Shown: one piece after another, positions 38,015-47,275 of the stretch
Layout: each line of letters opens with the position of its first letter
How positions within the stretch are numbered: the first letter of the stretch is position 1
DNA from: Candidatus Lustribacter sp.
Lineage (GTDB): Bacteria > Vulcanimicrobiota > Vulcanimicrobiia > Vulcanimicrobiales > Vulcanimicrobiaceae
Length of the DNA stretch: 64,000 nucleotides
Reading direction: 5' to 3'
NCBI GenBank assembly: GCA_965277805.1
Contig: OZ255842.1
Coordinates: 2,336,001-2,400,000, forward strand
Notes under the pieces: generated by a model
What the model was told of the DNA's origin: nothing
Seen by the model: only the letters and a program-made list of their open reading frames with translations
The model's database searches: none
Position numbers and translations under genes: made by a program

Positions 38015-39136
38015 TTACGCTCCCGGCGTCGCGTCGATGAGGCCGTCTTCGGCCAGTGTCTTCTGGGTGATGTTCAAGGCGCCGAATGCGCGCGGCAGTC
38101 CGGTATAGAGTGCCAGATGTTCGTAGAGCTCCTGAAGCTCGCCGATCTTGAGTCCGTGCCGCAAGCCTGCACGCACGTGTACCGGAATCTCGTGCTCGGC
38201 GCCGATCGACACCAGCACGGCGATCGTGGCGAGCGAACGATCGCGCCGGCTGAGACCGTCACGCGTCCACACCTCGCCCCAGCAATAGCGCGTCAGGAAA
38301 TCCTGGAACGGCCGCGTGAACTCGGTGAAGTTTGCAATCGTCTTGTCGATGTGGGCATCCCCGAGCGCCTGGCGCCGGCTAACGTAGCCGATTTCGAGCG
38401 TGGCCGCCGATCCGAAGTGATTGAGCAGCAGCTTCGAGAGCTGCGCCGGCGCTTCGAGCGCCACGAGGTGGGCCGCCTTCGGAATGCGCGCCAGCTTCGC
38501 TTGCGGAAGCGCAGCCGTCAGTTCGTCGAGCAACGCCGACGTGACCGTTGCATCGTCGCTTCCGGCAACCACGAGAACGTTGGCCGCGATGCGGCCCAAA
38601 TCCGGGCCGAGATCAGCATCGGCGCCGGCATCGCACGCTTGCGCGAGTTCTTCCGCCGATGCGCCCGCGAGCGTCGCCGTGACCCGCGCCGCCAGTCCGG
38701 CATCGCGCGCGATGAGTTCCGGCGTGAGCCACTCGGCAACGATCGCTTTGCGAACGGCATCACCGCTACCCGCGCGCAGCTGTGTGGCGCGCGCTTTCCA
38801 AGCGCTCGCGTCTTTGCTGCGCGCACCGGTACCGATGACCGCCAGGCGCGACACCCGATCCGGATGATGCACCGCCAGCCAGAGCGCGACGAGACCGCCG
38901 AAACCCGCACCCGCGATGTGCGCACGCCGTACGCCCGCGGTATCGAGCGCAGCGATGACTTCTTGCCCGGCGTGTTCGAGCGAGCCGGATACCTTCGGCC
39001 GGATCACGCGGAACTGTTCGGAGAACGGTCCGACGATCGGATCCCAGCTGGCCGGCCCGGCCCCGATCGAATCGAGCAGCACGAGCGCCTGCGCGCCGAT
39101 CGGACCTTCAGTAAGAGTTGCGGGACTAGTGCTCAT
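38015..39136 (-). CDS. PcaD-PcaC fusion (PcaL-like) with a degenerate enol-lactonase domain
   Basis: C-terminal FQDFLTRYCWGEVWTRDGLSRRDRS...HLALYTGLP matches 4-carboxymuconolactone decarboxylase; N-terminal alpha/beta hydrolase has GAGFGG. Confidence 0.85.
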   Translation of the reverse strand: MSTSPATLTEGPIGAQALVLLDSIGAGPASWDPIVGPFSEQFRVIRPKVSGSLEHAGQEVIAALDTAGVRRAHIAGAGFGGLVALWLAVHHPDRVSRLAVIGTGARSKDASAWKARATQLRAGSGDAVRKAIVAEWLTPELIARDAGLAARVTATLAGASAEELAQACDAGADADLGPDLGRIAANVLVVAGSDDATVTSALLDELTAALPQAKLARIPKAAHLVALEAPAQLSKLLLNHFGSAATLEIGYVSRRQALGDAHIDKTIANFTEFTRPFQDFLTRYCWGEVWTRDGLSRRDRSLATIAVLVSIGAEHEIPVHVRAGLRHGLKIGELQELYEHLALYTGLPRAFGALNITQKTLAEDGLIDATPGA

Positions 39137-39156
39137 GAGAACCTCCGGAATGCGGG

Positions 39157-40371
39157 CTACTGCGAGTTACTGGGTTTGGAGACGGCTACGAAGTCCTTGC
39201 GCGCTTGATCCCACTTGGCGATCAACGTCGCGTTGAGGCCCAGGCCGCGTTGCGAGCCGTCGCGGAAATCATACACGCCGTTGATGCCGATGAAACTGTG
39301 GAGCTTCGTAATATAGCCGCGCGCATCGTCCGCAGTGCCGTTGGGGCCGATGTGCCGCAGCGCATCGACGAGGATCATCGCCGGACCCCAGACTTGCGCG
39401 TACGAGAGGTCGGCACGGATGCCGCGCGCAGCCAGCGCTTTCTGATAGACGACCTGCGCGTCATGGATCGGCCCGGCGCCGGCACCGTTGGTCACGAGCG
39501 AGCGCATCGCGGGGAAGTACAGTTGCGAGGGCAGCGAGGACGCGAACTGATTCATCTGCGCATAGGTCATGTTACCGCTGCCGGCCAGAATCGGCAGATC
39601 GAAGCCGGCGTCGCGCATGCTACGCAGCACCGTGCCGAGCGGCGTTCCGACGGTCCAGGCGATCACCGCTTGCGGATTCGAAGCGCGGATCTTGGCCAAC
39701 TGACCCGACACCGCGATGTCGCTGACGCTGAACGACTCACGGTCGACGAGCTTGAGGCTTTGGTTCTTCGGCAGCGCGAAGGCCCGGTCGAAGGCGCGAT
39801 CCATCGTTTGACCCGCGGCATCCTGCGTGCTCAGCATTGCGATACGCGTCCAGCCCTGTTCGCGGAAGTAGCGCAGCGATGCGACGGCCTGATCGAACGA
39901 GCTGACGTCGGCAACGAATCCGAAGCCGTTGGCCGCCGGCTCGAAAATCGGCGCGATGCAATACATGACCGGCCCCTTTTTCAAGAGCGGATAGACGGCG
40001 TTACAGCCGGCGATGATTTCCGGCCCCAGCATGACCGGAGCGTTAGCGGCGATCAGTTTGCTCGCGAGCTGTACGCTCACTTGCGGGTTGGACTGATCGT
40101 CGGAGACGGTGAAGGCAACCGGCCTGCCGTTAATGCCGCCCTCCTTGTTCACGACGCCTTCGAGCGCTTCGAGCGCCTTCGCGTTGGCTTGGCCCAGAAA
40201 CGCGAGGTACCCCGTCATCGAGAGGACGACCGGAATCTCAACCGGCGCGCCGCTAACGGCCGGTGCCGCCGAAAGCCGAACGGCAGACGCGGGGCCCAAC
40301 GTTGCCGCGAGCAGCGCGGCGATGAAAACACATCGGACAAAACGGTTGATCATGAGCGGGTTCCTCGTCAT
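39157..40371 (-). CDS. ABC substrate-binding protein, branched-chain amino acid (type 1 PBP) family
   Basis: Signal peptide; LSMTGYLAFLG, NKEGGINGRPV and DDQSNP. Confidence 0.88.
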   Translation of the reverse strand: MTRNPLMINRFVRCVFIAALLAATLGPASAVRLSAAPAVSGAPVEIPVVLSMTGYLAFLGQANAKALEALEGVVNKEGGINGRPVAFTVSDDQSNPQVSVQLASKLIAANAPVMLGPEIIAGCNAVYPLLKKGPVMYCIAPIFEPAANGFGFVADVSSFDQAVASLRYFREQGWTRIAMLSTQDAAGQTMDRAFDRAFALPKNQSLKLVDRESFSVSDIAVSGQLAKIRASNPQAVIAWTVGTPLGTVLRSMRDAGFDLPILAGSGNMTYAQMNQFASSLPSQLYFPAMRSLVTNGAGAGPIHDAQVVYQKALAARGIRADLSYAQVWGPAMILVDALRHIGPNGTADDARGYITKLHSFIGINGVYDFRDGSQRGLGLNATLIAKWDQARKDFVAVSKPSNSQ

Positions 40372-40455
40372 TACTATTCAGTTACTGTATCGTTAAGTAT
40401 CTAATCTATTACGGTACGCCAAGACGGGGCGCGCTTGCGCGCGACCTCGGGGTGT

Positions 40456-41574
40456 TCAGACGGTCAGGGTCTGGACCGTGTGCTCGCCGAGCTGCGGCGG
40501 CGGATTGGCGGGCGTGATGCGCGCGCCGTCCACGTGTAGCGGCGAGTGTACCATCGTGAGCGATTCGCCCCCGGTACCCGTTACCGTGAACATCGTCGAC
40601 AAGGCCTGAACTTGGGGATCGTTCATCGCATCGACGATGTCGTTGACGGCCGCGTTGGGAACGTCGGCTGCATCGAGCAGATCCACCCATGCGGCAAGCG
40701 GGCGCTGGATAAAGTACGCGGCCAGCAAACGGTTGAGTTCGGCATAATTCGTCAGGCGGTCCATTCGGGTTGCGAAGCGGAGATCGCTCGCGAGCTCGTT
40801 CGCTTCGATGGCCTTCGTCATCGCGATCCAAAATTTTTCGAGCGACGAGAGGTGGATCGCGATCATGCCGCCGTCGGCACACCGGAAGACGAAGGACTGC
40901 GAGGATGCTGCACGCGATTGCGGCGTGGGCCGCACGTTCAGCTGCGTGGCGAGCGAAAACGCGTCGGGAACGAACGCCATCGACGATTCCAGCATGTTGA
41001 TTTCGAGCCGCCGGCCCGTGCCGGTGCGTTCGCGTTCGTAGAGTGCGCCGAGGATGCCGAGAGCAGCGTACATGCCGGTGACGTTATCGGAGATCGTCGG
41101 TCCGACCACGCGCGGGTCCGCTGGGTCAAAGAACAGGCTGCCGAGCCCGCTGATCGCTTGCGCGACCGCATCGAACGCAGGGCGGTCGCGCTTTGGGCCG
41201 ACGGCGCCGAATCCCGTAATCGAACAATGGATGAGGCGCGGAAAGCGCGCGCGCAGGGCTTCCGGTGCGAGGCCCAACCGCGGGAGAACGCTCGGGCGCA
41301 AGTTGTCGATCAGCACGTCGGCATCGGCGAGCAATGATTCCAGCGACTCGCGGCCGGTTTCGGCAGAAAGATCGATGACGACGCTGCGCTTGTTGCGGTT
41401 GTAGGCGATGAACTGCGGGCTGTACGAACCGCCGCGAAACGCCCGGAACGGATCGCCCTCAGGCCGCTCCACTTTGACGACGTCCGCGCCGAAATCAGCC
41501 AGCAGCATCGCGGCAAGGGGCGCCGTGATGGTGGTCCCGATCTCAATGATGCGTACGCCGGAAAGCAAACTCAT
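40456..41574 (-). CDS. Family III CoA-transferase (CaiB/BaiF)
   Basis: LADFGADVVKVE, NRNKRS, SITGFG and catalytic Asp in TISDNVTG. Confidence 0.9.
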   Translation of the reverse strand: MSLLSGVRIIEIGTTITAPLAAMLLADFGADVVKVERPEGDPFRAFRGGSYSPQFIAYNRNKRSVVIDLSAETGRESLESLLADADVLIDNLRPSVLPRLGLAPEALRARFPRLIHCSITGFGAVGPKRDRPAFDAVAQAISGLGSLFFDPADPRVVGPTISDNVTGMYAALGILGALYERERTGTGRRLEINMLESSMAFVPDAFSLATQLNVRPTPQSRAASSQSFVFRCADGGMIAIHLSSLEKFWIAMTKAIEANELASDLRFATRMDRLTNYAELNRLLAAYFIQRPLAAWVDLLDAADVPNAAVNDIVDAMNDPQVQALSTMFTVTGTGGESLTMVHSPLHVDGARITPANPPPQLGEHTVQTLTV

Positions 41575-42053
41575 GCTTCTTCAGCGACCTCAAAATACGC
41601 CGATTCGAGATTCTCGCGAACGCGCGTGAGCGAAGCGCGCAGCTGGGCGATTTCCGCCGGCTTGAGGCCCTTGAGCGCCGCCGTCGACACATCGAAGGCA
41701 AAGCTCAGCAGTGTCGACTGCATCGTCTGTCCCTTGGGGGTGGGGACGATCCAGACGACGCGCCGGTCGACGGTGTCGCGCACGCGCTTGATGAAGCCGC
41801 GCTTTTCCAGCGAGTCGACCGTCGCGACGGTTGCCGGGGGCGTGGTCCCGAGACGTTCGGCCAGCTCCACTTGGTTGAGGCGCTCACCGTCGCCGAGTTG
41901 GCGCAGCAGCAAGTACTGGGTCAACGTAATACCATGACGGTCGAAGTGCAGCTTGAGCGCCCGGAGCAGAAGGCGCGACGACTCACGCAGCTCGTTGCCG
42001 AAAAGAAGATCGGACTCATCGGGTACACCGCGCGGCGCCTTGAGCTTTTTCAT
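41571..42053 (-). CDS. MarR-family regulator
   Basis: QVELAERLG, LEKRGFIKR and DRR. Confidence 0.9.
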   Translation of the reverse strand: MKKLKAPRGVPDESDLLFGNELRESSRLLLRALKLHFDRHGITLTQYLLLRQLGDGERLNQVELAERLGTTPPATVATVDSLEKRGFIKRVRDTVDRRVVWIVPTPKGQTMQSTLLSFAFDVSTAALKGLKPAEIAQLRASLTRVRENLESAYFEVAEEA

Positions 42054-42874
42054 CAGACATTGCTATTACTCTCAAGACCCGGCCGGTACTTGCCCTCGAG
42101 GAAATCACCGATCCCAACGCGCCGGAACGCATCGTTTTGGTTCTTCGAGAGAAGGCCTTCGCGAGCTTGAGCGTACGCGACGGCCGCGTCCCAATCCATG
42201 CCGATCGAATAGGCATAGGCTTCTTTGGTGGCCGCAAGCGCCTCCGGATTCTTCTGCGCGAGCTCTTTGGCAAGGGTCATGACTTCATCGAGCAGTGACG
42301 CGCCGGGGACGGACGAGTTGACGAAGCCGATCTCCGCCGCCCGTTTACCATCGAACGGCCGGCCCGTGAGGCCGTAAAAGAGCGCGTCGCGCGGGCGGAG
42401 CAGGTTCGCGAGCGACTTACTCACCGGGCCGCCGGGAAAGAGCCCGAAATTGACTTCCGAGAGGCCGAACGTGGCCTCGTCGGCGGCGATCGCCAGATCG
42501 CAGCCCTCGACGATCGAGAACGCGCCGCCGAAGCAAAAGCCGTTGACCATCGCAATGGTCGGCTTCGGAAAGTGCCGCAGCGTGCGGCCGCGCCATTCCG
42601 TCGCGATGCGGTACACGCGGTCGAACTCATCGGGCTTGTCCTTGAGTTCCGTGAAGTATTGCTTGAGATCCATCCCTGCGCAAAAGCTGTCACCGGCACC
42701 CGTGATGACGACCACCCGGGCCGCGGCATCATAGCGCAACTGCTCGAGAGCAGCCGTCACGTCGAGGTGCAGTTGCGGGCTCATGGCGTTGCGCTTGGCG
42801 GGCCGATTCAGCGTTAGAACGGCGACGTTGTCGGCCGTCTCGACCAGAATGGTCTCGAATGAGTACTCGGGCAC
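42053..42874 (-). CDS. Hydroxycinnamoyl-CoA hydratase-lyase (feruloyl-CoA hydratase/lyase)-like crotonase
   Basis: NRPAKRNAMSP, AGMDLKQYF, GFCFGGAF, FGLSEVNFG..PGG and C-terminal YRPGL, typical of HCHL. Confidence 0.85.
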   Translation of the reverse strand: MPEYSFETILVETADNVAVLTLNRPAKRNAMSPQLHLDVTAALEQLRYDAAARVVVITGAGDSFCAGMDLKQYFTELKDKPDEFDRVYRIATEWRGRTLRHFPKPTIAMVNGFCFGGAFSIVEGCDLAIAADEATFGLSEVNFGLFPGGPVSKSLANLLRPRDALFYGLTGRPFDGKRAAEIGFVNSSVPGASLLDEVMTLAKELAQKNPEALAATKEAYAYSIGMDWDAAVAYAQAREGLLSKNQNDAFRRVGIGDFLEGKYRPGLESNSNV

Positions 42875-43029
42875 GGAAAATCCCCCGGCGACGGCGCTAA
42901 AAGCCATTAAGCACCTTAATCAGTTAGCATCTGCACTATAATTGGAAACGAGCTCCACGTCAACGGGGTGGGCCGCAAAAAAAGAAATGCGTTTTCGCTG
43001 GGCCTACGGGCACCCCGCTCCGGCGCGGG

Positions 43030-43665
43030 TTAGTCGGGTGCGAATCTCGCGATGGCGTCGTGTGCCAGCGCGACGATCAGCGGTTGAACCGAGCCCGCAT
43101 CGCGGCCGCGACCCGCGAGGTCGGCGTAAAAGCCATAACTCGTCAGCGCGAAAAGAACGTCCGCCAGTGCCGGCGCCCGGTCGCTATCGATGTGCCCGGC
43201 AGCCGAGAGCCGCAATGTGAGGACGTTGAAGAGCCGGCGCCGCCGTTCGTTTCGCGCCGCGAGCGAGCTGCTGAACTCGGGATCCGTCGTTCCTAGCGCA
43301 TAGAGGCTCCCCAGCACCGCCCGGTCGGCCATCCAAAAATCGACGAAGAGCGCAATGACGGCATCGATCGATGCCACCGGATCGGACAGCCGCATGGCAT
43401 CCGGAATTCTCTCGAGGCCGCCGCGCTTGGCTCGTTCGTCGAAAACCGCTTCGAAGAGCGCACTACGCGAGCCGAAGGCATTGTACACCGTCAGGCGCGT
43501 AACGCCCGCGGCCTTGGCAACGGCATCGAGCGAGCACCGCTGCGCACCGGTGGGTGAGCGCAGCAGACGGGTGGCGGCAGCAACCAAACGCGCGCGCGTC
43601 TTCTCCGCGGCGGCCTCGCGCGCCGGGCTGCGATAACCCCGGGGGCTCTCCTGCTTGCGTTCCAT
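43030..43665 (-). CDS. TetR-family regulator
   Basis: LDAVAKAAGVTRLTVYNAFGSR HTH. Confidence 0.9.
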   Translation of the reverse strand: MERKQESPRGYRSPAREAAAEKTRARLVAAATRLLRSPTGAQRCSLDAVAKAAGVTRLTVYNAFGSRSALFEAVFDERAKRGGLERIPDAMRLSDPVASIDAVIALFVDFWMADRAVLGSLYALGTTDPEFSSSLAARNERRRRLFNVLTLRLSAAGHIDSDRAPALADVLFALTSYGFYADLAGRGRDAGSVQPLIVALAHDAIARFAPD

Positions 43666-43675
43666 CTATATTAGG

Positions 43676-43690
43676 TATACACTACGTATA
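43676..43690. promoter_or_regulatory. Candidate TetR operator TATAC-N5-GTATA
   Basis: Dyad in the 46-nt AT-rich divergent gap, 11 nt from the tetR ATG. Confidence 0.55.
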
Positions 43691-43711
43691 GTCAAATTGG
43701 AGTCGCATCAA

Positions 43712-44392
43712 ATGCTCGTTCAACGCCATCATTCTCCGCCGCCGGGAATCGTCGCTACGGTGTTCGTGGTACTGTTTTGCACCGGCCTGTACTTCGTCAC
43801 ATCGTTCAACGGAATGCCGTACTTCCCGGGACCGTGGGCGTCACATACGGAGATCGAGCGCTATTTCGTGCTTCGAAGTCCGCAGGCGATGCTGTGCGCT
43901 TTCTTCCAATTTGGATCGGCGATCCCGCTCGGAATCTTTGCAGCAAGCGCCGCCGACCGGCTCCACTTCCTCGGCATTCGTGCCGCGGGCGTCGAAATCG
44001 CAAAGTTCGGCGGCGCGATGACGGCGATGCTGATCGCGGTATCGTCAGGGATCCTCTGGGCAATGACGGCACCGAACGTGAACCAGTCGCCCGGAGTGAT
44101 CGACGCGCTGTACTTCGCGGCGTTCGTGTTCGGCGGCGTCGGCTTCTCGATTCCGTTCGGCTTGCTCATCGCCGGGATCGCCGTGCCCGCGTACGTTACG
44201 CACCTTCTCCCGCGGTGGTTCGTCTTTGCCGGCGTCGCCGTCGCGCTCTGCGGCGAACTCAGCTGGTTGCAGATGGTCGCGCCGTCGCTGCTCTTTCTGA
44301 TTCCGTTGACGCGCTTTCCGGGTTTCCTCTGGATCATCGCGGCCGGCTTTCTGCTCCCCGCGCACAGGCGAGGCGCGCCGGCTGCTAGCTGA
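43712..44392 (+). CDS. Integral membrane protein (DUF4386-like)
   Basis: About six hydrophobic segments; GGAG RBS; divergent from tetR. Confidence 0.7.
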   Translation: MLVQRHHSPPPGIVATVFVVLFCTGLYFVTSFNGMPYFPGPWASHTEIERYFVLRSPQAMLCAFFQFGSAIPLGIFAASAADRLHFLGIRAAGVEIAKFGGAMTAMLIAVSSGILWAMTAPNVNQSPGVIDALYFAAFVFGGVGFSIPFGLLIAGIAVPAYVTHLLPRWFVFAGVAVALCGELSWLQMVAPSLLFLIPLTRFPGFLWIIAAGFLLPAHRRGAPAAS

Positions 44393-44828
44393 AGTTGCCC
44401 TTGATCCGCTGAAGCGTACGCCGCAATACCGCAATCTCGTCATCGGAGATTCCGGTGAGAGCCCCTTCGAGCACGTCGCCGGCATAGCCGTGCAGCGTGT
44501 CGCGCATCGTCCGGCCGGCCGGGGTCAACCGCACGTGGGTTTTGCGGCGGTCGGTCGTGCTGCGCACGCGCTCGATCAGACCCAGCCGCACGAGCGCGTC
44601 GAGCGTCCCGACCATCGTCGGCTCGAGCACGCCCACGCGGTTGGCGATCTCGCGTTGCGTAAGCCCCTCTTCTTGCCACAGTTCGCGCAGCACGTAGTAC
44701 TGCGGCAGCGAGATGCCGTGCGGTACGAGCCGCGTGGTCAGATCGTTGAGGATACGCCGCGCGGTATCGCGGAGCAAATAGCCGATGCTGTTATTCGTAT
44801 CCGCGTCGAACCCGCGGCCGGCGCGCAT
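44385..44828 (-). CDS. MarR-family regulator
   Basis: SIGYLLRD, QREIANRVG and DRRK. Confidence 0.9.
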   Translation of the reverse strand: MRAGRGFDADTNNSIGYLLRDTARRILNDLTTRLVPHGISLPQYYVLRELWQEEGLTQREIANRVGVLEPTMVGTLDALVRLGLIERVRSTTDRRKTHVRLTPAGRTMRDTLHGYAGDVLEGALTGISDDEIAVLRRTLQRIKGNFS

Positions 44829-46018
44829 TACAACGGCGCGCCGCCCGGCTTCGTCACGCCCTTGAACGTGGCGTCGGCGGCATTCCAGCGAATGACGATC
44901 GCCGTGTTTTCCGAGAGACCGCGCTGGCTGCCGTCACGGAAGTCGTACACGCCGTTGATGCCCGTCCAGCTGTGCAGCCCTTCGATGTAGCCGCGCACCG
45001 CCTCAGGAGACGCGCCGAGCCCGACGTGCTTGAGCGCATCGACCACGATCAGCGCCGGATCCCACGAAAACGAATGCGCGACGTCCGGCTTCACGCCGAC
45101 CGCGGCAAACGATTTGAAGAACAGGTTTTGGGCATCGCGAATCGGACCCGGTCCGACTTGCTCGCGAGCGAAAAAACGCGGGCTCGGAAAGTACATTTGC
45201 TTGGGTGTAAACGACTTGTACTGCGCGAGTTGCGGATACGTGAGGTTCCCGTTACCACCGAGCACCGGGATGTCGATGCCGGCGTCGGTGATGCCGTGCA
45301 GCAGGGTGCCGAACGGCGTGCCGGTCGACCAGGCGACGATCGCATCCGGCTTCAGCGAGGCCATGTGCGCGATCTGCGCGCTCACCGTCACGTCGGTGGG
45401 GTTGAAGTGTTCTTGCACGATCAGCGAGAGCCCGGCATTCTCCGGCCGGTGCGACGCTTCGACGAACGCGCGCTCCGCGTCTTGGCCGCTGGCGTCGGTC
45501 GAGGTGATGATCGCGACGCGATTCCAATGTTTGCCGTGGAAGAAGCGCAGCGACGCGATCGCGAGATCGTCGGTGCTGATGCTCGATGAGAACGTGTAGC
45601 TGTTGGCGACCGGATGAATGCCGGGCGAGAAACAGAACTGCACCGGACCGGCGGCTTTGACGAGCGCTGCCATCGCGTTACACATCGCAACGACCGCGCT
45701 GCCGAGAATCACCGGAGGCTTCTTCGCGAGCGCGCCGTTCGTCAGCTGAATGGCGACTTGCGGATTGGACTGATCGTCTTGCACGGCGAAGTGAATCGGC
45801 CGCCCCTTGATGCCGCCCGACGTGTTGACCATCTTCTCGATGATCTGCAGCGACTGCAGCTCGGAAGTACCGAGAAAGGCGCCCCCGCCCGTAAGCGGCA
45901 TGACGACGGGGATCTCGAACGGATCGGCCGCCGCAGCCGGCAATGCGGCGGGCGCCGCGAGCAGCATGACGGCCGCGGCGAGGACGGCGCCGGCGAGGCG
46001 CTTGACGGGGATCAGCAT
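44828..46018 (-). CDS. ABC substrate-binding protein, branched-chain amino acid family (paralog of 39157-40371)
   Basis: PLTGGGAFLG, GGIKGRPI and DDQSNPQ; shares GINGVYDFRDGSQRGL with its paralog. Confidence 0.88.
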   Translation of the reverse strand: MLIPVKRLAGAVLAAAVMLLAAPAALPAAAADPFEIPVVMPLTGGGAFLGTSELQSLQIIEKMVNTSGGIKGRPIHFAVQDDQSNPQVAIQLTNGALAKKPPVILGSAVVAMCNAMAALVKAAGPVQFCFSPGIHPVANSYTFSSSISTDDLAIASLRFFHGKHWNRVAIITSTDASGQDAERAFVEASHRPENAGLSLIVQEHFNPTDVTVSAQIAHMASLKPDAIVAWSTGTPFGTLLHGITDAGIDIPVLGGNGNLTYPQLAQYKSFTPKQMYFPSPRFFAREQVGPGPIRDAQNLFFKSFAAVGVKPDVAHSFSWDPALIVVDALKHVGLGASPEAVRGYIEGLHSWTGINGVYDFRDGSQRGLSENTAIVIRWNAADATFKGVTKPGGAPL

Positions 46019-46081
46019 GCAGATGCTCCAGAAGGCTCTAGGTACTTTGCTAATCGAATGATTTGGTGTACTATGGGTTCA

Positions 46082-47275
46082 ATGCCTGCCCCAACGCTGC
46101 GTCTCGGAGCGATCGGCCTCGGCCGGGCCGCCGCGACGATGCTGCCGAGCCTGCTTGCTCACCCCAACGTACGGCTTACGGCAGCAGCCGATCCGAATCC
46201 CGAGGCGCGGGCGCGCTTCGAGGCCGATTTCGGCGGCACGACCTATGCGAGCGCCGCCGAGCTGTGTGCCTCGCCGGCTGTGGATGCCGTCTATATTGCC
46301 AGCCCGCACCAGTTTCACGCAGCCGACGTAATGACGGCGGCGCGCAACGGCAAGCACGCGATCGTCGAGAAACCGATGGCGCTCACGGTCGAGGAATGCC
46401 GCGCCATGACCGATGCCGCCGAGAGCAACGGCGTGGTGCTCGTCGTCGGTCATAGCGCGGGTTTCAACCCGACGATCAAGATGATTCGCGAGATCGTCGC
46501 GAGCGGCGAAGTCGGGCCGCTGCGCATGATGACGAATCTCGTTTATACGAACTTCCTTTACCGGCCGCGCCGCCCGGAGGAACTCGACACCGCGCAAGGC
46601 GGCGGCATCATCTTCAATCAGATCCCGCATCAGCTCGACATGATCCGCGTGATTCACGGCGGTCCGCTGGAAAGCGCGTACGCCGTCACCGGCGTGTGGG
46701 ACCAAACGCGGCCGACCGAAGGCGCGATGACCGCACTCTTGCAATTCGAAGACGGTGTGGCCGCGTCGCTGACCTATAGCGGGTACGATCACTTCGACAC
46801 CGATGAATTTCACGATTGGGTCGGCGAGGGCGGGGCTGAGAAAAAGCCCGGCTACGGATCGCTCCGCCGCGAGCTGCGCAAGTTCGCCACGCCGGCCGAG
46901 GAAGCGCGTGCACGGACGGCCAGCGGCTTTGCCGGGCGCGGCATCGCGAAACCGCAAGGCCCCATGCACCATCCGCATTTCGGGCTGCTGCTCGTGAGCT
47001 GCGAGAAAGCCGACCTGCGGCCGTCGCCCGACGGCGTGCTGGTGTACGATACCGACGGTGTCCACGAACTGATCGCGCCGCCGGCGCGCACCTACCCGAA
47101 CAAAGACGGCGTCATCGACGAACTCTACGATGCCGTCGTGAGCGGCGAACCGCCGCTGCACGACGGCCGCTGGGGAACCGCGACGACGGCCGCAGCCATT
47201 GCCCTGCTCCAAAGTGCGCGCGAACGGCGCGTCATCACGCTCGCCAACGAGGACCGACCACATGCTTTCCGCTGA
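46082..47275 (+). CDS. Gfo/Idh/MocA oxidoreductase, phthalate cis-4,5-dihydrodiol dehydrogenase-like
   Basis: GLGRA, VEKPMA, FLYRPRRPEELDTAQGGG and YSGYDHFD. Confidence 0.82.
   Translation: MPAPTLRLGAIGLGRAAATMLPSLLAHPNVRLTAAADPNPEARARFEADFGGTTYASAAELCASPAVDAVYIASPHQFHAADVMTAARNGKHAIVEKPMALTVEECRAMTDAAESNGVVLVVGHSAGFNPTIKMIREIVASGEVGPLRMMTNLVYTNFLYRPRRPEELDTAQGGGIIFNQIPHQLDMIRVIHGGPLESAYAVTGVWDQTRPTEGAMTALLQFEDGVAASLTYSGYDHFDTDEFHDWVGEGGAEKKPGYGSLRRELRKFATPAEEARARTASGFAGRGIAKPQGPMHHPHFGLLLVSCEKADLRPSPDGVLVYDTDGVHELIAPPARTYPNKDGVIDELYDAVVSGEPPLHDGRWGTATTAAAIALLQSARERRVITLANEDRPHAFR

Noticed and set aside
40375-42945. MarR operators in the AT-rich gaps near 40390 and 42920
   Set aside because: GTTA(A/G)-type half-sites are visible but the dyads are too imperfect to call
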